Below, piece by piece: positions 11,612 to 22,650 of a DNA stretch of 64,000 bases (positions are counted from its first letter, which is position 1; every line of letters begins with the position of its first letter). Source of the stretch: Eutreptiella sp. 'Long Island Sound 2002'. Lineage: Eukaryota; Protista; Euglenida. The position numbers and the translations under genes are program-made. The notes under the pieces are model-generated. The model saw only the letters and a program-made list of their open reading frames with translations. It was not told the DNA's origin and searched no databases. Location of the stretch: assembly GCA_964036045.1 (NCBI GenBank), contig OZ038379.1:6448001-6512000 (forward strand), in the 5' to 3' direction.

Positions 11612-12300
11612 CTGCGCACACCGGCATGCGTAGAGCTAGAGAAAGCATGCGGCCTGCTGGCGCATAGCCACCCCTTTTGGATTTCCCCCTCTGCAGATAT
11701 CTGCAGTGGTGCCACCAAAACACATGGGCAGGTTCGGGCATAGATTCCAGAGGACTGGCAGTGCAGGGCCTCAGCATACAGAGCCTGGTAAGCAAAAGGG
11801 CAGCACCGGACACGGATACAGAGCGGATGCCCCAGTGCAGGCAAACGGGGCCGCAGCTGCGACTGCAGCGGGGCATGGCCGAGCAGGCCCAACGCCGATG
11901 GAGACAAGGGGACAGGCACTGGGACTGGGATCTGCTGGGGGCCCAAGGCCATGGTATGAGCCGAGCGCCCGCAGTTTACCCCTGACCGCTGGCCCGGGCG
12001 TCCCTCCTTTGATCTGGACACGGACTTGTGCCATGTACCATGCAGTAGCATTCGCTCCTGTTGCTCTCAGGGGCTGGTGTGTATGTGTGTGTGTGGAAGG
12101 GGGGGTGGGGGGCATGCTCTTCATCTCGAGGGCCGCAAAACGTCAGGCGCGACCCACCGCTATGCTCCAGCCGTGCCTGCTTTCACACGGCCATCACTGC
12201 AGTCTCAATCCAACTCAGTTTCAGTCTGTTCGTCTGTTTCTCTGTCGATGTCGATGGGGGTGTCGACAGAGCCACCTGGCTGGAACCCCTGCTCCCCTAT

Positions 12301-12908
12301 ATATATCTGGCAACTTTCCGGTTTCCGCCCCCCCCCCCCCGCCTCCCCTTTTGATTGGGTGGGCTTTGGGGGGCAAATAGGGACCACCCCCTTGTTTTGA
12401 GGTTGGGGGACTCAAATATACATGTCTTGGAAGCTATTTGGATGGCGCGGGGTATCGAAGCCCATGAAGGGGTTGGAAGGGCTAAAAATGGGGTATAATA
12501 ACATCACTGCTGACAAAATCCCAACTATAGCACCAAAGATAGGGGGAATTAGAATGAAAAAGCCCAAAACTCTTACCCCTAATATGAATATGTACAGCAT
12601 AGGACCAAAGATGGGTGAGGCAAATACTTCCCATTATTCACTTATGGAGGTATATAGGGGGAATGTGTACTATCAGGAGAAAAATGGCCATTTCTGGTAC
12701 TCTGGTGAGGATCCCAACAGCAGTGACGTCATACCCTTTTTTCGCAGGCCCTGCTGCCTGCTGGGGCCTTATACCCACCCGCAACCCTCCAAAATTGTCC
12801 CAAACTCCCCACCCCCCAAAAGGGGGTGTGTGGTACCCCTCTAGCGATACAAAGCCCACCCGACAGCGGGGGAGGTGGGGGGGCAGAAACCGGATAATTG
12901 CCATATAT
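12301..12908. mobile_element. ~610-bp MITE with ~30-bp imperfect TIRs and TA-rich ends, in cyclase intron 2
   Basis: Left ATATATCTGGCAACTTTCCGGTTTCCGCCCCC versus reverse complement of the right arm ATATATGGCAATTATCCGGTTTCTGCCCCC (12879-12908). Confidence 0.65.
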
Positions 12909-13017
12909 CTATTTATCGGTCCATCGACCATTTTATTATCATTTTACATCGGTTTCCATTCACTTTCATTGTTCATTCTTCAAATCAATTCGTTCCAAAC
13001 CATCACTGGGGGCATAC

Positions 13018-13353
13018 CACCAGAGAATTGATCAGCACATCCACCATACAACACGACCAGCACGTGTGGTTCTTGATGCCATGATAAAATAGCGCCAACG
13101 AGAGAATGTTGGCAAACGACACCGACGTGGACACAGTGGCGGCCACCAAGTTTCTGCGCAACGTCCGCATCACCAGGGCGCTGTCCTCCCCTTCCTTGTC
13201 CTTGTGCTTCAGCAGAGGCATCAGGAACAGCACCGTCATGTACATGCTGAAGAGGGTGTCATAGCACAGCAGGGGGATGGATGAGGCCCGCTTCAGTCCG
13301 ATGTAGCAGTGCTCCCCTCTGATGTCAGAGACCTCCCACAATAACATAGCCAC
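13018..13353 (-). CDS. 7TM-adenylate cyclase fusion, exon 2 (end of TM4, ECL2 Cys, TM5-TM7)
   Basis: Acceptor CAG|GTG and donor GTG|GTATGC. 112 codons: VAMLLWEVSDIRGEHCYIGLKRASSIPLLCYDTLFSMYMTVLFLMPLL...CMVDVLINSLV. Joins exons 1 and 3 in frame. Confidence 0.85.
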
Positions 13354-13799
13354 CTGCGAGCATGAGGGCAGCTGAGCGGGGCGGCATATTCCGTACCAAT
13401 GCCCTCATTGTGTGTGCCCCTGTGGTCCCATCAATGCTTTACAGCTGCAACAGAATCCGGTTGCTTCAGCGGCTAAAGCACGCGACTCCGACAGCAAAGG
13501 TCCTGGGATGGAACCCTCCAAAGGCTGCTACTACTCGACTGCGGCAGGAGCAAGGCCCGTGGCCCTGGTCAGGGCACGAAACCCGACCTGCACTCGTGGG
13601 TTCAAGCCCGCACGGGGTCGATGGCCAACAACCACCGGGGTCACCAGGAGTCCCTCAGGTGCCCTGCAGGAGCAAGAGAACTTACGCATCCGGCCTCAAG
13701 TGTTGTTTGAAGCAGCTCTGTCCAGGACCTGCACTCATCATAGGCTGCTGCCCGGCCGAGGCTGGGAACTTGGCCCCGGGTGCATCAGATGAGACCACA

Positions 13800-14590
13800 C
13801 CCCACGGCGCCCTGCACGGCACGGCACGGAATGGCCCCTGCGCCGCGCCGCACCCCACCATGCCACACGGCACTCCAATACACTACAGAACACGACAAGA
13901 TACGGCACTGCAATGCTGCACTACAGTACGCTGTACTACACTGCACTACCCCTCGCCCCCTTGGGCAGTAAGCACCTGCACGCAACGGTATCCTCGCACC
14001 CCGAGCGAACATTCCCCAAGTGACAGTTCCCTCGCCCCCCCCTCCCCCCATTTACTGTGTAAGGGACGCGCGACACGGAGCAAGACCTGCAGACACGTAG
14101 GTATATGGGCCACAAAATGCCCGGAAACTGCCTGTTGGGAGGAATGTTCAGCTCTACTGAGCAGCAGGCTCTGTGTGCCACTTTTTCTGGCGCGAGTATT
14201 TTGCTTTCGTAATGTACAACGTTGTCCGTGCTCTTCCCTTTGCTAGCCACCATATTCAGCACGTGAGGCACCGTGAGCATTGCCTTCTTAACTTCCTTGT
14301 GAACCCTCGCATTCCATTCATCCTTTCAATAAATACTGGGGCGAACTTCAGCCTTCTAAGAAATTTTGGAAAACGGAAAGTGACAGTTCCCTAGCCCCCC
14401 CCCCCCCCCCCCGCCGCCGGCTTATTATTCAACGGCGCTTACTATTCGAGGGGGGTGCACTGCAAGGCACTCCAAGATACGGCACCGCAGCACTGCACGG
14501 CACTGCACGGCACTGCACGGCACTACAGGACCATACACAACACGGCGCTACAACACATCACTGCAATGCACTGCACTGCAGGACGCTACA
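13800..14590. repeat. Degenerate (CACTG/CACGG)n tracts near both ends of cyclase intron 1
   Basis: Tracts at about 13800-13960 and 14455-14590. The motif AAGTGACAGTTCCCT followed by a C-tract recurs between them at about 14017 and 14377. Confidence 0.7.
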
Positions 14591-14600
14591 CGACACACAC

Positions 14601-15140
14601 CAAGATGACTCCGTATGGCAGCAGCAGTAGGGCGTTTCGCCTCAAAACGGGGTCTTTAATGTGGGGCACCTTTGGGCAGGTCACCAGATGCACCTTCGCC
14701 ATCAGGAAGATGTACACCACCAACTTGTTCGAGGCGTACAAGAAGGCACAGGCCCACAGCCCCATCCGGCACCACCACACCGACCGGAGCGCAAAGAGGC
14801 CAAACAAGATCGTGGTAAAAGCGAACAGCCAAGAGCACGTGAACGACACCAGCACAAGAAACTCGATGACCATGGGTCGCCCGGCGCGCAGCTTCGCCTG
14901 CGACAGCCGTTCGCCCGCCATGAGCGAGACCAACGTGATGGTTCCCGGTGCTGAGACCATGTGGGAGATCTGGTGGCCCAGGCCGCTGGCAGTGAACACC
15001 ACCAGCAAAACGCCCACGACATACCGAAGGTTGATGTTCGGGACAGGGGCACATGTGCGGGTGTCTTGGTCCTGGGCTTTGACCGGGAGTTGAGGCTCCT
15101 CTGGGCCTGGGTGGACACTGGACGCTTTTCTCATGGACAT
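14601..15140 (-). CDS. 7TM-adenylate cyclase fusion, exon 1 of 7 (N-terminus, TM1-TM4)
   Basis: ATG at 15140, preceded by a pyrimidine tract and CAG (AG at 15161-15160). 180 codons with hydrophobic segments YVVGVLLVVFTASGLG, IEFLVLVSFTCSWLFAFTTILFGLFAL and GLWACAFLYASNKLVVYIFLMAKVHLV. Donor TTG|GTGTGT, phase 0. Confidence 0.8.
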
Positions 15141-17749
15141 TTTGTGATAGAACGATGAACTGCGGAGGGCAGTGCAAACAGTTGACTGCTGCATAAATGA
15201 CTGCAATCTGCAAATCTGCATTGAATCGGAAACCCGTGGTTTCTGTTCAGTATTGCCTTTGGCGCTCGTCAATGGCCGTCTCACTTCGCACCAGCACCTC
15301 ATGCACACACCTCAGACACACGGACACCGTCGATAGTCGGAACGTCGCCAATAAAGGCATGTGAGTCTTCAGCCCTGTCAACACACTGTGATGGTTTTCA
15401 AGGGGGACTGCATGTCTCCGCCCGATGACAGTTTACGCCATTAACCCGAAGCATGGACACTGACGTCTTCATTGACGCCGTATATACTCACTTGAATTAA
15501 TATTCAGTATTTATTGATATTTAATAATGATATTTAACGTGTGTTCAATTTTGTGACCAAATGATGTCAAAGTAGTACCCCTCGACAATGTTATCGGAAG
15601 CCATCACAGACAGACCAGTTCCATGCTTTCTGTTGTCCTGCATGATTATTACAGGTGTCAATTTCAGACGTGCATCAATCTGCAAAGTGAATCCACATAT
15701 ACAACAGACCAGAATCTGCAACCTAGATAGTAGTCCCCATTAGTGTCTGCTTCCTGTCCATCATGATAACCAAACCATCATGGTGCTGTGTGTAACACAC
15801 AGACAAACCACAAAACCCCAGACTATCAATCACCTCGACAAACACCTTTCGCTGTTCTTTTGCTGAGCAATCGACACAATGAAGAATTACAATTAGCTTC
15901 TTCCAAAGATTGATGCAGAACAACAAGGCTGATCTTGAATCGTCAAAAATGGCAGGCCGCACACTAAGGGCTGCAAGAGACCAAAAATCGTGTATACCGG
16001 GGGGAGGGGGTTGAGGGGGGGGGGGTTTGAGGCACCCACCCACCCAGGAACCCACCCAGACCCCCCCCCTCTTATAAACATTGGAGGGGCGGATTGAGGC
16101 GCTCTCCCAAGGTTGAACAGCACCCCAGCCCCACCTCCCTTTGAGGTGATGCTACCACAGCTGCAGAAGCACATGGTACCGCCTTTTTGTGTTGGTTTCG
16201 TACTTTTCTGATTTTTTTCTGGGTTTTGTGCCTTTTCTGCCTTCTTTTTTTTGTATTTTTGAAGTCTTTTATCGCTGATGCTTATGCTGCATGGGTCCTT
16301 GTGTTGGGTTGTTGATCCCTCGGCTTGGGCTTTGGGGAAAGGGGGGCCATGGTGGTATGGCGGTGTAGTTAGGGTTTGTCGGTCTCTGAGTGTTCACCGC
16401 TACTGCTGCCCTGAGGGTTGTTGCTTCTCTTTTCGTTGTTGTCATTGTCGCTGCTACTCTGATTGCACAAATGAGGCTTGTGTTGTGGCTCCTGCTGGCT
16501 TGCGTCTTGCGTGGCTTGCCTTTGTCAGACCAGGCTTTCCTCTTCTTTCTCTGCTTTCCGTTTCCCGAATAATCTCATTAGAATGCGGATACTCCACCCA
16601 ATCTGCTGCATCCATCAACAAGATGAGCTCCTGCTCTGTGTGGTTCTAAGATAACTGAGGATGCGAATCAACACTTTGTGTAACTGCAAGAACAGACGCT
16701 CCATGGTGGCATTTGCGGGGGCGATGGCCAACAATAGTCGGGCAAAAAGTGTGTCACGCTGGGAAAGTGGTCTTCTACAAGATAACGGCCTTCAGAATGT
16801 GCACACAAGCATCATTGTCTGTGTTCTTGTGGAACTCCTTGACACTAGCCCACTCCTTGACAGCGTCATCAACCTCAACCCCATGGCCACACAACCATTT
16901 TGCCCAGCATCCTACCAAGTCCTACAAAAGTCCACTGGCAAACAATTCCAACCGGTCGGAGGGCTCGTGGTCCCCATCAACAATCTTCGCAAAACACACC
17001 ACATACTTGGAGTTGGCAAACCGAGTGGAAACTTGTTGTAGGATAGTGGAGCGGCGTCCACGTGTTGTTTGGCCTCCTCTAGCGGTGCTTGCATGATGTG
17101 GTGTAGTACCCAGTCTTGTTCAGTGAATTCTGGTGTACAGGCTCCGGCTGATGGTTGCCATCCTTGAGCTTCGTCACAAGGCTTCAGATGGCTTGCTCGC
17201 GATCAGCCCACTGTCCCTGTGCTTGCGCTGCAATTCCTCCTATGCAGCTGCGACCAAGTGCAACATGCATAGCAGCCTTGCCCGGAAAACAACAAATGTG
17301 CCCACCATCAGCAGTGCCAAGCTTGCCTTCCACACCTCTTTTTCCTTGGCCTCCTCACTCAGTTGCCGCACAGTCTTCCGCACACCACTGTCCCGCTGCA
17401 GAAAGTTACCCATGACAGTGTCAATCTTCTAGACCAACGTGTTAGGATTATTCGCTGCAGTGCATGATCGCCATCACTTGCCATGTCCTCCAAGGTCAAA
17501 CTGTGCACCCCCGATTTCATGATCATCGTTGTTGTTCTCGGACAGCCACCAAATAGAGGGGGCGGGGGGGGGGCTAGACTGCAGACCCACACACCCAAGC
17601 GATAATTGTAAAGGGAGGGGGGGGGTCCCAAACTTTTGGCCCACCCACCCAGGCTGGGGCACCCACCCAGACGCCCACCTCTTCCATATTAATTCCTTAT
17701 AAATGATGTCTGCAGAGACACAACCAGTAGCACAACAACATAGCAGAAC

Positions 17750-17913
17750 GCAGCATGGATGCACACAGATCAATGTTTCTGAGACCGGGAGGGAGGGGGT
17801 GTTTGCGCCAGCTATTGGCGTGACTTTAATTGCAGCATGGATGCACACAGATCAATGTTTCTGAGACCGGGAGGGAGGGGGTGTTTGCGCCAGCTATTGG
17901 CGTGACTTTAATT
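17750..17913. repeat. Perfect 82-bp tandem duplication
   Basis: 17750-17831 is identical to 17832-17913. Confidence 0.95.
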
Positions 17914-19219
17914 ACTGAATAATACCAAAGCCCAGCATGCACCGTTCAAAAGCAGCTGAAAACCACAAACTACAAAATGTATGTCCAATTCGCCCTGCAA
18001 CGAAAGCCCCCAGGCTTTGGATTTACAGGGATGTAGGGCTGCAGAAGAACCAAACAAATAGCACGTCTATGTCACAAGGAGGTTCATGGATGCAACCAGG
18101 GCACAGGTAGAGGTTGCATATGCGACACTCCAACGAATGGCTGTTTCCACAAACTTGGCAAACTTCTCTGACAGGTTGTTGAGGGGGGGCTTCTACAAAA
18201 CACACCAGTTTGTTTTTGCTCAGCCTCCACATTGCTCTAGGCCCTAGATGGACCAGGCCCTCAGGACGGGTGAACAGGGGGGCTACACCTTCACCTGGGC
18301 AAAGTGGGAGGCCCACTACCGCACGTGCACTACCAAGTGCTCGTAAACACTGATCTTGTTTGCGTCCGGTGATATCCTGCAGTGTGTACGCAAAATGTCA
18401 TGCCGGCTGGGCAGGCTTGGCGCAGCACACCGTTACAAAACTGACTAAACTGACTAAACTCACCAAATGCATTTCCCCTGTCCGGGGATGATTACGCACT
18501 GGGACCACAGTGCGTCAGCGGAATGACACAGGGAAGACCAGGCTGCAGATTCGTTCCAGCCACCAGGCTACCAGGCCCCAGGCCGGAGGGAGAGGGCTTG
18601 CCTACCGCTTGCAAGGGGAAACGTCGACATCCAAGCGCTGTCGGATACTCTCCAACTGCCTTTGGTTGCCTTTGAGTGCCCTCCCATTGTGTGCCTTAAT
18701 AATGAGCCAAAGTTGCTTTTTTAATCTTAACCAAAAAACGCCCTGGCACCATGCTTTCCTGTGCGTTCTTTATGAACAGACTGTCGGCTTACCATCCCGT
18801 ACCATCCGTCGGCCTACCATCCGTCATGAGGAAGCAAACAACTTTTTTTTACCTACCTGTCACCTAAAAAACGCCTTGACAGCAGCCCATGAACCTGCGT
18901 ACCAGACCCATCAGTGGAGGAATTCATGCGGGAGTGCAGGCCGCACTTGTGGCACAGCCCCACACAGGAGAAAAAGATCACTGCTGCAGTCTCATCCTGC
19001 TGAGCAGGCAAGATGGGGGCAGACAGGGCCAGCGGCCTGGACCTGCAGTTAGTGCGGCTGTTCAGCAGCTGCCCCCACAACACACCCATGTTGTGCTGGG
19101 AATGCATCACCAGTAAGACAGCACTGTGTGACACACGACTCCCCAATACCTGCCCCAAAACGGAATCGTGAATGCTGCCCTTCAGCACCAAAGTACCGTT
19201 GCTCGCCAAAAGAGAGGAA

Positions 19220-19450
19220 TTATTGGGAATTACCGGGAATTATGGTGGAGATACGGGGAATTAATGGGGAATTGTGGTGGGGTTACAGGGAGTTACGGAG
19301 GATTGTGGTGAATTATGGGGAATTATGGGGATTCATTGGGGGTTGTGGTACAAATGTGGGGAATGTGGGGAATCATTGCGAATAGTGGGTAATTAAAGGG
19401 AATTGCAGTGGAAATATGGCAAATTATGGGAAATCATGGTGATTTGTGGT
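19220..19450. repeat. Degenerate ~10-bp tandem repeat (GGGAATTATG-like) downstream of the Nudix gene
   Basis: Reiterated GGGAATTA/GGGAATT(G/A) units. Confidence 0.8.
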
Positions 19451-19789
19451 GGAACTGTGTGGGCTTGGCTATTTGCGGGCCATCCTCTTCAGCAGTGGTG
19501 AGTGCGCCCAAAACTGATATGAATACGCAAGCAGAGGTGGTGATGCTGCAAAAATGGAAAATAATTCCACTGCATGCAATTGCACATCAACCCTGAGCAT
19601 GCGCGAAATTGTGACCACCGTTCCGGTGTCCTACTTGTGGCAAGGGGCTGACTCGGTCTGCTTTATGGAAAGCAGCATGTCTGTAATTAGTGTGTCTCAA
19701 CTGATCCCCAACCGATGGGCCTGTTCATTGAGGACGTGTATTTGGGACGTCAAGACAGAGCAGAGCGCCGCCGCCACAAGCCGTGTCGA

Positions 19790-21178
19790 TCACTGCTTGG
19801 CAGCTGTGTAAAGCAGGGTTGCTTGGCCACCTCTGGAATTCGGCAGCTCCGTACTCGTGATGAGAGGCCCTGTCAAGGCTTGGTCTATCATTGCCCAGAC
19901 GTTTGATGATACTTTACCATCCAACGGTTCAGAAGGGTCGACCACCAAAGACTTGATCTTCTCCACACTCATCCATTCGGCCGCCAGTAACTCATGTGTG
20001 TCCATGACAATCTGCTCTTTGGTGGCCCGGAGCTTCACCATGACATAGATGTCGCCTTGTCCGAAACGCCTTCCATGCGAGTGCCTCTGACTCACTATCC
20101 CCTCCAAAACACCCGTTACCCCCGTCTCTTCCAGCACCTCACGCCCGGCCGTCTCGGCAAAGTCCTCCCCAGGATCCGCCAGGCCGCCCGGAAGCTTCCA
20201 GCATCCCTGGAAAATGGGCAGAGGCGACACTCTCTCCTTCACCATCAACACTTCGTCTTTGCTGTTGACAATGACCGCCCCCACGCCAATCTGTGTGAAC
20301 GCGTACTTGGGCAACGTGCTCGGCGTGGCCGGCAACCATCTGGTCATCAGGACATAGTCAGGCTTGGAATGATGGAACTCGAACCCGTACCGGGCCGCCA
20401 CGCCGACACAGGATGCACTGCTCAGAGGTATTTTCAACCAGATGCCCTGTTTGCCCGCCTCCTGCCACGATGCCAGGCCCTGCCTGAGCTCAGCATCAAA
20501 GGCTGCTACAGCAGCCCCAGATGTGCCATCTGGTACGGCCAGCTCAACCCCTCCATAGCGGTCTTCAAAGGGCGAGAGGAGAGGTTGGGGCGGAGGGGGG
20601 GTCGCACCGGCAGCCTCGGCGACACACTCGGCCAGCAGGTCGAGGGCAAGCTTGGCGAAAGCCCACATGTTCTGCTCGCGGTTGCTGTGCGTGGACTCTG
20701 CAAACACCCCCTTCTCGACAGGACCAGAGACGAAGATCGACACAAAGCCAGTGGATACATCGGGGAAGTTGAACGTGGGCCCACAGGCGCCACTCTCACA
20801 AACACACCACGTGGCCCCGACTTCCTGTCGTTTCGCTCGCGCCAAATGCTTGGTCCATGTGTTCTTTGACGCCTTGTATGCGGCGCCATCTGTGGGCTTG
20901 TCTTGAGAGAGGTCCAGAGATCCAAGAACCGCACTTGCCCGTTTGGGCCCGTAGGCTACTGCTCCGCAAGTTGCGTAGCAGGAAGCTCCTGGAATAGCCT
21001 GGAGTGCAGCCTGAATCAAACCAGCCGTTGTAGCTTCAAACACCGTAACTGTGTGTGCCAATGCCTTCAGCTTTGCTGCGACGTCCTCCGCCATAGGCGC
21101 CAATGGTCCTGGCTGCACAACGGGAAGGTCCACTTTGTGAAACAACGCATCCAATGCTTCGGATCCTTGATCCCCCAT
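19790..21178 (-). CDS. Intronless CinA/PncC-like domain + NUDT6-type (pre-Nudix + Nudix) hydrolase fusion, 462 aa
   Basis: Single ORF; ATG at 21178 follows a TTTTTGGCAG acceptor 35 nt upstream. N-terminal half shows CinA-C motifs (FEATTAGLI, GASCY...GAVAY, ESGACGP). C-terminal half has DRYGGV...GIWLKIP...GFEFHH...WLP...LP.YA.TQIGVG and an intact Nudix box GLADPGEDFAETAGREVLEETGV. Confidence 0.92.
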   Translation of the reverse strand: MGDQGSEALDALFHKVDLPVVQPGPLAPMAEDVAAKLKALAHTVTVFEATTAGLIQAALQAIPGASCYATCGAVAYGPKRASAVLGSLDLSQDKPTDGAAYKASKNTWTKHLARAKRQEVGATWCVCESGACGPTFNFPDVSTGFVSIFVSGPVEKGVFAESTHSNREQNMWAFAKLALDLLAECVAEAAGATPPPPQPLLSPFEDRYGGVELAVPDGTSGAAVAAFDAELRQGLASWQEAGKQGIWLKIPLSSASCVGVAARYGFEFHHSKPDYVLMTRWLPATPSTLPKYAFTQIGVGAVIVNSKDEVLMVKERVSPLPIFQGCWKLPGGLADPGEDFAETAGREVLEETGVTGVLEGIVSQRHSHGRRFGQGDIYVMVKLRATKEQIVMDTHELLAAEWMSVEKIKSLVVDPSEPLDGKVSSNVWAMIDQALTGPLITSTELPNSRGGQATLLYTAAKQ

Positions 21179-22199
21179 CTCCCTCTCAGAAGATTGGTGA
21201 ATAGCAAAAGCTTCTGCCAAAAAGTGTGGAAGTTGAGCAGAAGATGCCTGAAGCGGTGCAGTCACCCCGGCCCTCTGTTTGAAGCGACGTCAATGGAAGA
21301 GGAAACTTTCCGGAATCGAAACAAACCCAAGGTGTCCAGCACAGACTGTGTACCAGACATGTGGCTGACACACAAAACAGGCAAACTTGATGCAATTGAT
21401 TGATTGGTGCAAGAAAAGGGTTGCCAGTCAGAAACGAAGGGGAACATAGAGCTCTACAGAAACATGTGGGTCCGCGCATCCCTTTTTGTGACTTGCACTT
21501 CGTAATTTTATTAGAACCCAACTGCTGCGATGTGTGTGCTCCGCCCGTGACAGCTTGGTTGTACCACAAACCATGCCCACAGGTGTGCATGCTCTGGTTG
21601 GTGTTTCGACATGTCTGCCCCATGACAGTAGAAAACAGACACCTTGGTCTCAGCCGCAAGGGGTGTGCGTGCAACGTGCACAGTGTACATATTACAGGGT
21701 GATATTGGGGATTTTAGCTACAATTGGCAATACTCTTGCCTATCTAGACCATAGTACACCATATTTGTCCCATATTATAACATCTGGTGCACCTAGGCAT
21801 GAGTGGACCAATCCAAACAATGTTCCCCACGTGATCAACTGCAACATACAACGGTTCATTTCCAAATATGGCCGGCATACTTCCATACATCTGACAGTGC
21901 ACCTATCGAGCTAATGTCACCGTGCGTGTGGCCACTGACTTGAACTCACAAATTGAATCCCACCCGTAATGGGGCACACGGGGACGAGACCAGATCAGAC
22001 TTGCCACCTGCGTCCGGCAGATCAGAATAGACCTGAATCCCACTAAATTGTGCACTGGACAGCAGGAGCTGGTTCCTACGGACTTGTATGTGTGTGTGGC
22101 AGGAGCGGGTATTACTGAGTGGCACACTTTTCGGGGCTGTTTCCAACTCGGTTGCTCTGCTGGACGCTAGTGGCACATCTGCCCAGACAGAACCTGACC

Positions 22200-22650
22200 T
22201 GAGAATCTCATGCACAGGTGCTCTTGCGCGCTTTCCGACTTCGATGAAACACCTTACGCAAAGGGCAACCAGCAGCACTGAAAATATCGTCATAGAGTCA
22301 GTGTAGTGGGTCACAAGATAGGGGGAAGTGAGGGCTGTGATTATAATGGTTCAAGCGGTCAGACCATTGAACCTCGTCCACCACCATATTGAGATACCCG
22401 CGAACTTTTTTCACAGTTGCATCAACCACACAAGAACTACCTGCATATTGCGACATATAAGCCGTTAAATCCTTGGCGGTTGTAGGCTTTGAATGACAGG
22501 GCACAACAACACACACAAATGCACTAGAAATGAGGGCTAAGCATGCAAGCAACTCATAAATGCATAACAAGGCTCATTGTTACTCGCACTAGGCACCACT
22601 ATGCACCTTCGGTATGGTCCTGCACAACCTTTGTGCACAGCGCGCGCACG
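22200..22650 (-). mobile_element. Decayed LTR-retrotransposon (Ty3/Gypsy-like) integrase-tail remnant; 22500-22650 is a dispersed repeat also present at 42362-43055
   Basis: QWSDRLNHYNHSPH resembles the integrase W...L...YN..H motif. The reverse complement of 22500-22650 aligns with 42362-42446 plus 42995-43055. Confidence 0.45.

Noticed and set aside
16270-17430. Gag-like or coding-like minus-strand region between the cyclase and Nudix genes
   Set aside because: It has multiple stops and no diagnostic motif; it is probably a decayed TE but cannot be classified by eye.
18760-18850. VWA/MIDAS-like peptide KVVCFLMTDGRPTDG on the minus strand
   Set aside because: It is produced by a short tandem repeat (GATGGTA(G/A)GCCGAC) and followed by a stop; no other VWA motifs are nearby.
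21179-21265. N-terminal extensions given by the ORF track for the Nudix gene (and likewise 28667-28708 for the RAP gene and the start at 63983)
   Set aside because: These use GTG starts from a bacterial-style caller. The first ATG after an AG acceptor is the more plausible start, and the right-edge exon is simply open to the window end.
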